Assembly: GCA_051294375.1 (NCBI GenBank)
Contig: CM119270.1
Coordinates: forward strand, 15,446,092 to 15,498,701
Direction: 5' to 3'
Length of the DNA stretch: 52,610 bases
From: Paraspadella gotoi
Lineage: Eukaryota; Animalia; Chaetognatha
Shown: one piece after another, positions 10,219 through 23,550 of the stretch
Numbering within the stretch: the first letter of the stretch is position 1
Layout of the letters: every line of letters begins with the position of its first letter
Position numbers and translations under genes: made by a program
Notes under the pieces: generated by a model
Seen by the model: the letters and a program-made list of their open reading frames with translations, nothing else
What the model was told of the DNA's origin: nothing
Database searches by the model: none

Positions 10219-12750
10219 TTCTCTATTTTTTTATCTCTTTCATTTCTTATCTTTCTTTCCAAATCTTTCTGACGCTCTTCCTTCGACTTCCCTCCCGCTG
10301 GTCCTCCCTCCACTCACTTCCTGTCCCAACCGAATTGTTCGCGGTGCGCTGATTTAATTTGAACGTTCATGTCAGATGGCCACGGAATCGATGCGCCGCT
10401 TTGACGCCGGTCGTCGTCGTCGCCGTCTCGCTAAGGCGACCGCAAAGGATTTTGGAACCCGCGGGCGTGGCACGGCCCTTCGTCCTCCCGAACGCCTTAA
10501 TCGCCAAGCTAAGATCAACGGGTCCGGTCTGACAAGGATTCCTTTAATTACCGCTTTTTGCCATCGTCCTTTGCCCCTTCTCCCTGCCTACAACCTGCCA
10601 TGCTCACGGCCGATGCCCAGCATGGCGTCCTTTATCGCTTCTTCCCCGAATGATGAATCCGGCAATCAGTCGTTAATTGCCATCAAGGTGCCACATACAT
10701 GATGCCCATCAAAATCTGTTTCGAAAAGACTTGCAGTATTTTCTGGTAAAGAAGCCTCGTGGCTTTGAAGCATTTAAAGAACCGCTTTAGATTACATAAC
10801 GTTAAACAGAAAGCTCTTAACTCTCTCTCTCTCTCTCTCTCTCTCAAGTCTCTCTTATCTCCTCTCTCTCTTATCTTTCTCTCACGCGTCTCAGGTCGGT
10901 CTCTTCTCTCTCTCTTATCCTCTCATTGCTCTCTCTCTGCTGCTCTCTCTCCTCTCTTCTCTCTCTCTCTCTACATCTTCTCTCCTCTCTCTCTCCTCTC
11001 TCTTCTCGCCTCTCTCTCTCTCTCTCTCAAAAATGATTCAAAATCAATCTCGAATCTTCCATTATTATCTTCCATCTCTAATCGACCTCCGATTTTCGCT
11101 TCGCGGAATTCAATGCAACGAAATGGAATCTGATCCACCTGGTCTTCGTCTTCTCTTTTCCTCGGGTTCCATCGTCTCCGGAATTCCGCCCGGAATTTCG
11201 CCGGTTCCGCCCAAGGACACGTCGAGAACCGTTCCGTCTGGTTTCCGGTCCGGAATCGCCTGGGCGGGCGAAGGTTGGTCCCAACGCCCCAACGGGCCCG
11301 ACCGCCGACGGAAGAGGAGAGGGAGACATGAAATGATAAAAGGAGACGAATTGAAAACCGTAGTGACAAGGTGGGAATACGAGTCAATTGAACAAGTCCA
11401 ACGAGAGGTGGTAAATAAACGGAAGCATTAACTAGACAACAGTGGGTTGTTTCTCGGCAAAAACTTTACCTGTTTGTGTTATACTATGATAGTATTAAAC
11501 TGTATTCTTTCTAATTAGGAATTGTCAACTGATTTTAAACACTTAAGACTAATTTTTGATAAGATAAGGTTCTGGGTATAAGCAGGGCTATGAAAAAGCG
11601 TTTTGGGTCCCGTTTTATGTTGTTATGAACTGAGGGCAATTGGGTGGACTTGGGTTTTTTCCGTAGAGACGTCAACTACGTCAGGCCGGTCCCGTTTCCC
11701 CAAGGGGGCGTGTCCGCCGTGTCCTTCGAGTCAAAGGTCGCACGATGGAATCTAACCGACGAAATCGACGGACCAAAGTTCGTCAGAAAAAAAGGAAATA
11801 AACCTTTTCCGGATTTTTGTGGGATTCGTTTTCCCTGTTGACGTCAGAGTTGTTGTTGTTGTTGTTGGTTTGTTGTGTTGTTGTTGTTGTTTTACTGCTG
11901 TATTGTTGTTGTTGTGGTGGTTGTTGTTCAAAGAACCTTGGCAGATGAACACTTTTGAAAAATAAAACTGTTAAAACGGGTTGTTTTTAGATGTTTCAAA
12001 GAACGTCATATATCTGGTTAAAAATAGGGCTTTTAGTCCTAAACATAGTAACAAATTAACTTGAAACAATACAGATTAATAATTATTAGAAACAAAGCCG
12101 CTATGGATCGCGTCTCGAAAACCCGCACTCTTCGCACGCATCGAATATCTTCGCTTCCAAGATTCGCCAATTTCCTTTGGGTCCATCGCTTCTGGAATTT
12201 TTCTTACGTCCCTGATGGAATAAATGCAAGGAAACACGGAATGCGAAAGACTTCCGTGGCATGCCGGTATGTTTCCGTGGCATGCGAGATGCTCCGGGAG
12301 AGGTAAAAAAACGTAGCATCTCTCGAGAATTCTGGAATGTAAACTCTAAACCCCATAATTTTTAAGACGGAGAACGTTTCTCAACCAAATCCTTAGTATT
12401 TAGAAGCCGAAGATTCAGTTGAAATTTTAATTAAATTTGATTTAATTTGGTTTACAAAATATTATAATGTAATACTTAAATAATCTTTTTCATAATCAGC
12501 CACTTTTTTTTCATACGGGGATCCCCTAATCTTTTAAATCAAACATCCTCTCTCCGCAGTTACTGTCTTATAACCTTTTCTCTTCCAATCTGATCTCTTG
12601 CGTCAAAAAAAAGAAAAAAAAAGAAGAAGAAACAAGTAAGTTGACCTTTGCGTCTTCAAACGAGAGGCGAGGCGCACGCAGGGATCCAACGTTTTATTCG
12701 ATTTTTTCCTCTAACTCGAGTTTTATTCCTTGTATTTTCTGGGTAGTTTG

Positions 12751-12786
<36 letters not shown>

Positions 12787-12802
12787 TCCTTTCTTTCTTT
12801 CT

Positions 12803-12835
<33 letters not shown>

Positions 12836-13660
12836 TTTCTTTCTTTCTTTCTTTCTTTCTCGGCTTCTCCTTCTTTGTTGCTCTACTTAATGTTTGTTTT
12901 TCCAGACCAAGATCTCTTGATGTCTTTTTTTTTATTTCTTTCCTTTTTTCAAATGCTCTCCGTTGCCGCTCCGTCTCCGCCCCCCCCTCTCCTCTCGTCT
13001 CTCTCTCTCTCACTCTCTCTCATCTCTCTCTCTCCTCTTCTCTCTCGCTCTCGATCTCTCTCTCTCCTACCCTTTCCCATCCTCTCTTAATCTTGCTTTG
13101 CATTCTTTCTCTCATTTTCCCTATCGTATTTTAACTACCACTCTAAGAAGAAGAAGATCTTGATAAGATATAAAACAAATCATTATTGCCTCACGGTCCC
13201 GCGGTTATTTCCAACTTCGGTCCGTCCGCTTTATTGTTTTAAGGTCGATGTTCGATTTTCTGTTTACGTATTTAATTTGTGTTTTAGTTTAGTTTTCAAT
13301 TGCCCATGAACTTTTTTCTTTTGGTAAGTTTTTTCTCTGTTTTTTTTTAGAACTTAGATTAACGTCGTGAGACTTTTTTTAGTTTCCAGTTTTCAGTATC
13401 AGATCCAGAAAAAATAATCCAACTACTTAATACTCGATCCTGGATTTAGGTTGTTAATTTCGATATAGTGAGGGTTCAGATGACAAAAACATTTTATCTT
13501 AGGATTGTTATTTTTTATCATAGTCATGCCGACGATTCCCTTTAAAAATTTTAGAGACGAACCAAAATCCGTTGTTATTGTTATATTTTCCCGATCGCTC
13601 TTTGGTTTTTGCTCAGATCATCCTATCGAATTTTGTTTTCTCCAATCGAATGATCTTTGA
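9680..13660. repeat. ~4 kb duplicated block, copy A
   Basis: Co-linear with 14155-18124 (shared anchors GCCGCTTTGACGCCGGTCGTCG, CCAAGGACACGTCGAGA, GTAGAGACGTCAACTACGTCAGG, GGCGCACGCAGGGATCCAACG). Differences are mostly 1-2 nt indels. Confidence 0.9.
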
Positions 13661-13733
13661 GCCTCGCTATCGTCTACTCTCCTCTTATCCTCTCTCTCGT
13701 CTCTCACTCTCTCTCTCTCCGTCCTCTCTCTCT

Positions 13734-13778
<45 letters not shown>

Positions 13779-14129
13779 GTCTCTCACTCTCTCGTTCTCT
13801 CCTTCCTCTCTCACCGGGGATCGCAATAGTTTTTCTTAAGAAATTAATTTAATTTCCTTTTCTCTCTCTTCTCTTCTCCCGCCTCTCGTCTCACTTCCGT
13901 TCCCTCTCACATTCTCTCTCTCTCTCTTCTCTCTCTCTTCTCTATCTCTCTCCGCTTACTAAGATGAAGAGTTTGAAACATTTGATACACGTGTGTAACA
14001 AAGTGACGCAAGGCAAGTGGGACTGCCCGGGGGAAAGCTGATTGTTTGTTAGTCGAGTAGAATAAAGACTCGGATATTGCTCTCTCTCTCTCTCTCTCTG
14101 CTCTCTCTCTTCTCTTCTCTCCCTCTCTC

Positions 14130-14154
14130 NNNNNNNNNNNNNNNNNNNNNNNNN
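14130..14154. other. 25-N assembly gap (also 21307-21331, 32177-32201, 34408-34432, 37375-37399, 43394-43418, 47030-47054, 49503-49527; 10-N gaps at 21764 and 41344; longer gaps at 47137, 51275 and 51847)
   Basis: Counted directly. Confidence 0.95.
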
Positions 14155-14576
14155 TCCCTCACCCCCTCACCCCTACACCATCTCTCTCGCTTCGTTCTCT
14201 CTCAATCAAATCCACTTTCGCCGTAAAAACCGCGACTCACCTGATTAAACAGAGTTTTTTCGACGTTTACAGTTGAGGAAACGCCCATTTCTTGTCGCCC
14301 GTTTCTGTCCGATGCGCGTTGCCATGGGTCCATCTCTCTCTCTCTCTCTCTCTCTCTCCATCTGTCTCTCTCTTCATTCTCTCTCTCTTTCGTTTCTTTC
14401 TTTTTTTTTTTTTTTTTTTTTTTTTTCTTTTTTCTTTTTATTTTTTTTTTATTTTTTTTTTTTTTTTTTTTTCTTTTTTTCTTTCTTTTCCTTTAATTGA
14501 TATTTTTGTTTATTAATTCCTCATTTCTGTATTTCTTTCTTCGTTAATTGTTTCTCTATTTATTTTCTTTTTTCTT

Positions 14577-14663
<87 letters not shown>

Positions 14664-17600
14664 CTCTTTCTTTATCTCTTTCTTTCTTTCTTTCTTTCCA
14701 TCTTTCTGACCTCTTCCTTCGATCTTCCCTCCCGCTGTCTCCTCCCACTCAACTCTCTGTCCACCGAATTGGTTCGGTGGCGCTGGATTTATTTGACGTC
14801 ATGTCAGATGCCACGGAATCGATGGCGCCGCTTTGACGCCGGTCGTCGTCGTCGCCGTCTCCGAGCGACCGCAAGGATTTGGACCCGCGGGCGTGGCCAC
14901 GCCTTCGTCCTCCGACGCTTATCGCCACCTAATCACGGAGTCCGGTCTGACAAGATTCCTTTATTACCGCTTTTGCCATCGTCCTTTGCCACCTTCTCCC
15001 TGCCACAAAACCTGCCAATGCTCACGCCGATGCCCAGCATGGCGTCCTTATCGCTTCTTCCCCGAATGATGAATCCGGCATCAGTCGTTAATTGCCATCA
15101 AAGGTGCCACAACAAGAGTGAGTATGAACTGGCACTCAGTACGAAGATCGTGTTGTCGATAAAAGGACGTATAGCCACGTGATTTTGTCGATGAGTAAAG
15201 AGGCGCCTCGTGCTTGATGGGCAAGTTCTCAAGAACCGCTTTAGGATACATAAACGTAAACAGTATACAGCTCTACCTAGTATTAAATAAAGAGATATAG
15301 TCTCAGTCTGGTCCAGGAGATTATCTCTCTCTCTCTATCTCTCGTCGGTTTCTCGTCTCGTCTCTCTCTGCTCTCGTACTCATCATCTCTCGCTACCCCA
15401 GTCTACCATCTTCTCTCTTCTCTCCTTCTCTTTCGCTCTTCTCTCTCTCCAAAATGATTCAACATCATCTCGACATCTTCCATTAATTATCTTCCATCTT
15501 CTAATCGACCTCCGATTTTCGCTTCGCGATTACAGATGAAAAACGACAATGGAATCTGATCCACCTGGTCTTTCCGTCTTTCTCTTTCCTCGGGTTCCAT
15601 CGTCTCCGGAATTCCGCCGGAATTTCGCCGGTTCCGCCCAAGGACACGTCGAGACTCGTTCCGTCGTGGTTCCGGTCCGGAATCGGCCTGGGCGGCGAAG
15701 GTTGGGTCCCAACGCCCCCAACGGGCCCGACGCCGACGGAAAGAGGGAGAGGGAGACAATGAAATGATAAAAAGGAGAGAATTGAAAACCGTCGTGACAA
15801 GGTGGGGAATACGAGTCAATTGAAACAAGTCCAACGAGGAGGTGGGTAAATAAACTGGAGCCATTAACTAGACAACAGTGGGTTGTTTCTCGGGCAAAAA
15901 ACTTTACCTGTTTGTGTTATACTATGATAGTATAAACTGTATTCTTTCTAATTAGGAATTGTCAACTGATTTTAACACTTAAGAACTAATTTTTGATAAG
16001 TAAGGTTCTGGGTATAAGCAGGGCTATGAAAAAAGCGTTTGGGTCGTTTTATGTTGTATGAACTGAGGGCAATTGGGTGGACTTGGGTTTTTTCCGTAGA
16101 GACGTCAACTACGTCAGGCATGGTCCCGTTTCCCCAAGGGGGCGTGTCCCGCCGTGTCCTTCGAGTCAAAGGTCGCACGATGGAATTTCTACGACGAAAT
16201 CGACGGACCAAAGTTCGTCAGAAAAAAAAGGAAATAAAACCTTTTCCGGATTTTTGTGGGATTTCGTTTTCCCTGTTGACGTCAGAGTTGTTGTTGTTGT
16301 TGTTGTTGTTGTTACTGCTGTTATTGTTGTTGTTGTGGTGGTGGTTGTTCAAAAGACCTTGGCCAGATGACACTTTGAAAATATAACTGTTAAAAACGGG
16401 TTGTTTTTAGATGTTTGCAAAACGTCATATATCTGGTAAAAAATAGGGCTTTAGTCCTAAACATAGTAAACAAAATTAAACTGAAACATACAGATTAAAT
16501 AATTAATTAAAACAAAGCCGCTATGGATCGGTCTCGAACCCGCACTCTCGCTACGCATCGAAAATATCTTCGCTTCAAGATTCGCCATTTTCCTTTGGGT
16601 CCATCGCTTCTGGAATTTTCTTTACGTCCGATGGAATAAATGCAAGGAAACACGGAATGCGAAAGACTTCCGATGGCATGCCGGTATGTTCCGTGGCATG
16701 CGAGAATGCCCGGGAGAGGTAAAAAAAGTAGCATCTCACGAGAATTCTGGAATGTAAACTCTAACCCATAATTTTTACGGAGACGTTATCCTCAAGCCAA
16801 ATCCTTAGTGTTTAGAAGCCGAAGATTTTAGTTGAAATTTAATTAAATTTGATTTAATTTGGTTTACAAAATATTATAATGTAATACTTAAATAATCTTT
16901 TTTCATATAATCAGCAACTTTTTTTTCATACGGATCCCCTAAATCTTTAATCAGACATCCTCTCTCCGCAAGTTACTGTCTTTAACCTTTTTTCTTCCAT
17001 CTGATCTCTTGCGTCAAAAAAAAGAAAAAAAAAGAAAGAAGAACAAGTAAGTTGACCTTTGTGTCTTCAACGAGAGGCGAGGCGCACGCAGGGATCCAAC
17101 GTTTATTCAGATTTTTTCCATCTAACTCGAGTTTTATTCCTTGTATTTTTCTGGGTAGTTTTTCTTTCTTTCTCTCGATTTCTTTCTTATTCTTTCTTTC
17201 TTAATCCTTTCTTTCTTTCTTTTCTTTCTTTCTTTCTTTCTCTTCTTTCTTACATTTATCTTCTTCTTTCTTTCTTTCTTTCTTGCTGTCTTTGCGCTTC
17301 TCCTTCTTTGTTTGCTCTACTTATGTTTGTTTTTCCAGAACCAAGACTCTTGATGTCTTTTTTTTTATTTCTCTTTCCTTTTCAAATGCTCTCCTTCCTC
17401 GTCTCCCCCCTCCATTCTCCTCTCGTCTCTTCTCTCTCACTCTCTCTCATCTCTCGATCTCTCCTCTCTCTCTCTCTCGATCTCCTCTCTCTCCTCCACC
17501 CTTCCCATCCTTCTCTTAATCTTCTTTGCCATTCTTTTCTCTCATTTTCCACTGATCGTTATTTTAACTACCACTCTCGCAAGAAGAAGAAGATTCTTGA

Positions 17601-18124
17601 TAAGAATAAAACAAATCATTATTGCCTCACGGTGTCCGCGGTTATTTCCAACTTCGGTCGTCCGTTTATATGTTTTAAAGGTCGATGTATCGATTTTCTG
17701 TTTACACGTATTTAATTTTTGTTAGTTTAGTTTAGTTTTCTCAACTTGCCATGAACTTTTTTTTTTGGTAAGTGTTTTTCCTCTGTTTTTTTTTTCGAAC
17801 TTAGATTAACCGTCGTAGACTTTTTTTTAAGTTTCCAGTTTTCAAGTATTCAGATCCACAGAAAAAAAATAAATCCAACCTACTTATACTCGATCCTGGA
17901 TTTAGGTTGTTAATTTCGATATAGTGAGGGTTCAGATGACACAAACATTTATCTTAGGATTGTTATTTTTTATCCATAGTCATGCCGACGATTCCTTTAA
18001 AAATTTTAAGACGAAACCAAAATCCGTTGTTATATGTTATAATTTTCCCCCGCTATTCGCCTCTTATGGTTTTTCGCTAAATCATCACTATCGAATTTTG
18101 TTTCTCCCAAATCGATGACTTTGG
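14155..18124. repeat. ~4 kb duplicated block, copy B (starts immediately after a 25-N gap)
   Basis: Begins TCCCTCACCCCCTCAC as at 9680 and ends ...AATCGATGACTTTG as at ~13655. Confidence 0.9.
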
Positions 18125-21100
18125 GAGACATCTGCTAATCGCTCCCTCTCATCTCTATGAGTCATATACCTCAGCTCTGCACGTCCGATTGGCCGTCTCC
18201 CATCACGGAGCGCGGCCGGCAGCGGCCTGCCGAACCGATCTCACTTCCTTCCTATCCGGGTTCTTTCCGCTCGATCAGGGCGTATTGTTCTTCCTCCTCT
18301 CCAATGGTGAGTCGGGGGCTTCTTCCGGTCGAAAGTCCGAGGCGGATCGGGGCCGCCGGATTTCTCTCTCTTACTCTCTCTGTCTCTTCTCCTTCCTCTC
18401 CATCTCTCTTTTCTCCTCCTTCCTCATTCTTTCATCTCTCTCTCTCTCTCTCCCCACCAAACACGTCGACAAGTAAAGTCCTTCACCATTTTTTTGAGGA
18501 CAGCAGATTTTAAGCGCGTATTCATTTAGCGTGGCTAGAGAACTAATTAGGTCATTACTCTCAATTCTAGAATTAAGGAAAACACTGGCCTCGATGTGTA
18601 AATCATTTCACTTACAATCAATTGGGATAGTTTTATGTAACATGGTGAAATGACCTTTATCCTTTTAATCAAAAATTTAAACATTTGGGACTATTTTAGT
18701 CAGTTTGTGTGCTTCAAATAGCCAAATACAATTAAAAAAACAGTTTTTTAAATTAAAAAAAAAAAATTTTTGAATTGACAGGTTTTGGAACAATCATCCT
18801 GAAAGTTTTATCAGTTAAATATTCCTTATAAGTTTTCTTGAAAACTTAGCTCCGCGTATGACTACTCTAAACCCAAGAAAGATGTTTTGTCAAAAATCCT
18901 AGGCAAACCCTTAAGGGGACACAGTGGAAACCAGGTGGGGGTTAAAAAAGCCATGAAAACATAACCGTTTGGACCCCTTTAAAACTTAAGCTGGTCTGAA
19001 AATGATATAATTTTTTTTTATAAATCAATTTTGGGAAAGTAGAGTATAAAAAAATTCCGATAAAATCAGCCCAAGCTAATTATTTTCTTTAAAAAAAATT
19101 TGGTAAAAAAAAAATCCTTTTTTCCAAGTTTTAAAATTTTTTTCTCCCAAAAAAAAGGGTAAGATTCTAATTTTAAAGATTTCAGCTTTTTTTCACAAAT
19201 TTATAAAGAAAAAAAAACTAGGAATGAATCAAAATTTACAGGTATCCGACTGATTTTATATCCCTAAACACTTTCTTTCCAAATGATTCCTGTAATCGAG
19301 AAAATGAAATATGAAAAATCTTTGAGAAAAGTAATATACAATATAAAAAAGAAAGAGAAAGAATATTCTGTACTTTTTGCTAAATTTTATTCATTGGTTT
19401 AATAATAGAAATCAATATAGTTTAGTTTAATTAAATACATTTAGGGATTGAAATGAATATTATTAAATAATTATTACAGTTTTTTGTTTCCTAGTAAGAA
19501 TAGAATTTAGGTTTCGATTTTCTGGCTTTTTTAAAAAGTAAATATCAAAAATATAAAATATTAGTTTGTAAAGCCTTTGTTCCAATGAGTTGTTCAAATG
19601 AAGCTTAAAACCTAAAATTATAGCTTGTAACAGTAAAAAAATAAAAAAATTGGAATTTAAGTAAAAAATCTTTCTATTGATTGCGATTAGGCAAATAAAT
19701 ATGGATTATATAAAATATTTTTTAGGTAAGGCGTCAACATAAAATTTTTTTCATAATTATTATATTATATTTAATTTTTGTTCCCAAAACTAACAAAATA
19801 AGAGAAGGAATTTTTTTTTGCCAATTTCCCGTACAAAAGAAAAATTTGACTATCACCATTTTCAAAATTTCTTTGATGATAGACCTTAAGCTATATAAAT
19901 CATTTTATACTGGGATCGCCTCCTTAAGTTTATATTTACCTTCAATATGTGCGAGATCTTCTCTTTTCTTTTATTTTTTGTCTTCATTTCCAACTACCCA
20001 CGCCGCGGGAAGACGAACGTCGTTTTTGTCAGACCGAGGGACGAATAACTGATTCAACTTAAATCTCCAAGAGAAAGTCGCGAGAAATATATGAGTCTTT
20101 AATTGAACACGAAGTGGGATAACCTTCGATTCAAGGAAATTATTCAAATACGAGGTTCTCTCGACGAAAACCAGTTTTTGTGAAGATTTCAAGCGAAAAA
20201 CTAACTACGGAAGAAAAAATCTCTCTGAAATTGAAGGAGCAGGAAGACGACTGCCGCTACTGAAAAATTTGACCATAAAGAATGCAAGAATATCTTTAAC
20301 AAATAAGAATAAAAATAATTTATTCACTTATTTACCCTTGCAGGCATAGAAAAAACAAAAACTTCTTAAACAGTAGCAAATGAACAAATCACAAAATTAC
20401 TATGGCAGTGATTTTTGATCGGGAATTTAGAAAAAAAAACAATCTTTTTCCAAATACTTGCTAAAATATATTAAACAGAATTGATAAAATTTAGCTCTAA
20501 CAAAGTGGGCTGGACTAGCGGAATTAATTGAAAATCATCGTGCTGCATTTTCTTAAATCAAGATCAAATATCATTTTTTGCTATTTAATAGAGAGAGTGG
20601 TAAGGGAAAAAGGTAGAGGAAGAAAGAAGGAAAGGATGACACAGAAAAATATTAGGGTAGAAAAACGTGTTGAGAAAGGGAGAAAAAGAGTCAGAAGAAA
20701 GAGAAAAAAGAAGAGAGTTACGAAAAAAAAAGTTCGAAGAAAGAAAGAAAAATAAGAAAAGGAGTGAAAAACAAAAAGAAAAAATTTTAATAAATAAGCC
20801 GGTGCCCATTATTTTTTGCCAAAGCGTAGGATAATCTAAAATTACGCAACAGATTTAACGAGCAAATTGATCTCATAAAAGTTGCTCTTCGCCAATGAAA
20901 AAATAATTTTTAGTTTCAATACTTAATTAAGGCGGATTACCGTAATAGAAGAATGATTGTCATAAAAGAAAATCAGTGTCTTATACCAGTATTTTGAACA
21001 TAGCATTCACTGAGCCAGTGAATCTATGTTATGAGAGAATAATAAGAATATAATAAATTAAAGAAGTGTTTCATATTTACAAGGGGAAAAAGAAAATAAT

Positions 21101-21499
21101 AGTTATATTTAAGATTCCAAATTTCATTGTTGAAATACCGCGTATAAAATCACTGCCCTATCCTCATACATTTCTTGAAGTAAAAAAGACTTCCCACTCC
21201 GGATCCCAGGGAACCGCATGATCGATCCGCCTTCGGAGGCAGAGAGAAAAGACTCTGGCGGTGCAGGGTAAGAAGAGAGAGAAGAGGGAGTAAGTTTGCC
21301 CGGCCTNNNNNNNNNNNNNNNNNNNNNNNNNTTTTTGGACCCTCAAAAAAATCAGAATGAAGAAAAGTGGGACAAAAATGGCACATCGATCAAATTCCTG
21401 TTTTTACAGTTTACAATATATTAGCCCCTTCGATTCTTTTAACAATCAGATCGATTAAGAAGCCAAAACAAACAAAACTCGTGTTCGAATCAGCGTCTG

Positions 21500-22025
21500 T
21501 CATCGTCACGTGAAATTCTGCGGTTCGACACTGAATTTTTTTTTTCCCGCCAAAAAATCGAGGGAGATCGTGTGTTCGAGTGTCTTTTGTTTTCTGCTTC
21601 TCCCTCGATCCCTTTCTCTTCCAATCATTCTATTTAAGCTGATATCCAATTGGCCTTTTCTCTTTTTTCCTCTTTACTTTATATAGTAATGTAAATAGTA
21701 CTCATTGAGCCGCATCGATTTAACTCCCCACGCCGTCCACCTTGCCATGTTTCTGTCATGTCCNNNNNNNNNNTCCTTTTTATCTGCCAGCTGTTATTCG
21801 TTTCGCTTCTTCACAGACAGTCACGTGGGCTGGGAGAAGTGAAAGGATCACGTGAGTGAATCCACAACATTATTTCACAGACTTTCATCACAATGTCACG
21901 CGAGGGATAAAAAAGTATGCCTTGGCATCAAATTAAAATTTGTTTGACCGAGTATAAATAAATTAAATTAAAAGAAAATGTATGAAATATAAACAATTAA
22001 ATCAAGTGGTATGTCACGTGATCCG
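21500..22025. promoter_or_regulatory. Candidate promoter: clustered TCACGTG (CLEAR/USF-type E-box) sites plus an E2F site and CCAAT
   Basis: GTCACGTGA 21505, GTCACGTGG 21820, TCACGTGA 21848, GTCACGTGAT 22013. TTTCCCGCCAAA 21543-21554. CCAATTGG at ~21646. Confidence 0.35.
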
Positions 22026-22134
22026 AGTTAAAAACCAGAGATTTCGATTGAGAATCAAACGTCCGTCGACGAAATGAAAACAAACACCGATTGAGTCAGA
22101 AATCTTTTTTTATCTTCATTTCTCCTTCTTTCTG

Positions 22135-22167
<33 letters not shown>

Positions 22168-22295
22168 TTTCCTTTTCTTTCTTTCTTTCTTTCTCTTAAA
22201 TCAGATCGCTCTATAATTCTTCATCTGCTTTTCCTTAATCGTTTACTCACCCTTCGTCTCCACTTTCCTTCTCTCTCCGTTAATCACCGAATCTT

Positions 22296-22334
<39 letters not shown>

Positions 22335-22341
22335 CTCTCTT

Positions 22342-22383
<42 letters not shown>

Positions 22384-23269
22384 TCCCCTAAAAATCTAGA
22401 CTAACGATCTTCCCCGAAATCATGAGGTTTTTCGGTTTTCGTCCGATCATAAATATTCCCCCTTTTCGCCCGTTAGCGTCGCAGGCGTCGCTGGTGTCGT
22501 CGTCGTCGTCTTCGTTCTCTCAAGAACAAAAGAGCAACGGATTTTGCGACTTTTCGCTTTCTCGGGGCCAAGGAGAGGAGCTGTGTTCACTTGTTTGTTT
22601 TAGCGTCTTAAACGTCGCCGGCAGACGTCGTCCTTGTCGTCGTCGTCGTCGAGGTTGTTGTTGTTTTCTTCGTCGTCGTCTTCGACTCGAGAAATAAATG
22701 GAAGACGAATTCGATAGTCAATGTCAGTCTTATTCTGTTTCGGTCTGATGAACTCTGATGGACGAAACTCGAAAAATCTCATTCCTAATTTCTTGTCTTC
22801 GAAAAAGAATCGGTTGCAGTTTTTCCTCTTTTTTTACTAATATATTCACAGTTAGTTATATATTCGTGTCCTAAAAAACAGGTTCCATTGAGTTTATCTG
22901 AGTTTCTGTACCAAAGACATCGAAGCTTCGCTCTTCTTGTTTTCCCCCCTTTTTTTGGAAGACAGAACTGCCAACTACTCCATCCTTTTCATGGTTGTTA
23001 TTGTCCTCACCACAACCCCAGCTACAAGGGCTATCTTTATTGTCTACCCCCTGCGAGGTCGCCTTGCATTTTCACCGTCTGCGTTAATTATCCACTTTCC
23101 AATTTCACCATCTCTTTTCTCGAATAAAATCCGAACTCCTTTTCCTTCTATTTCTTCCATCTGTCTGTCCACAGCTCTCATCTTCTCTGTTTCCACCAAT
23201 CTCTCTGTCCATTTTCTCTTTTCGTCTGTCCTTTATTTCCCATCTCAATCTTTAAACCAAAACTTTCCT

Positions 23270-23550
23270 TTCCCACTCCCCCGTATGTAGTTCGTTCATT
23301 ACTCGCGACCACATCCATCAAACCCAAAGGCCCCTGCCATAACTCCCCTCTCTCTCCCCGTATGTAATTCGTTCATAAACTATTTCCGACCACATACTTC
23401 AAACCCGAACTCCCCTCTCTCCCCGTATGTAATTCGTCTGTCCACTATTTCCCATTTCATCCTTCAAACCCAAATGCTCCTTTCCCAACTTCTTCTACCC
23501 CCCCCTAAGTCCTCTCTCCTCTCTCCCCGGATGTAATCCCGTCCATCCTC
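23270..23550. repeat. Degenerate minisatellite (CTCCCCGTATGTAATTCGT...TCAAACCC), about 4 units of 65-105 bp
   Basis: CCCCGTATGTA(A/G)TTCGT at ~23279, 23356 and 23421, and CCCCGGATGTAATCCCGT at ~23525. TCAAACCC follows each of the first three units. Confidence 0.7.

Noticed and set aside
18550-19850. AT-rich stretch reminiscent of a decayed DNA transposon
   Set aside because: No TIRs, TSDs or transposase residues could be identified.
19940-20270. Exon-like island with minus-strand TTTTCAG and AG|GTAAAT
   Set aside because: No frame I could read stays open between the two signals, and no family is recognisable.
22735-22770. GTTTCGGTCTGATGAACTCTGATGGACGAAAC, hammerhead-like boxes
   Set aside because: No complementary helix II or helix I can be formed.
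23270-23550. Repeat-spacer look (CRISPR-like)
   Set aside because: Eukaryotic context, degenerate repeats, related spacers of irregular length and no cas genes.
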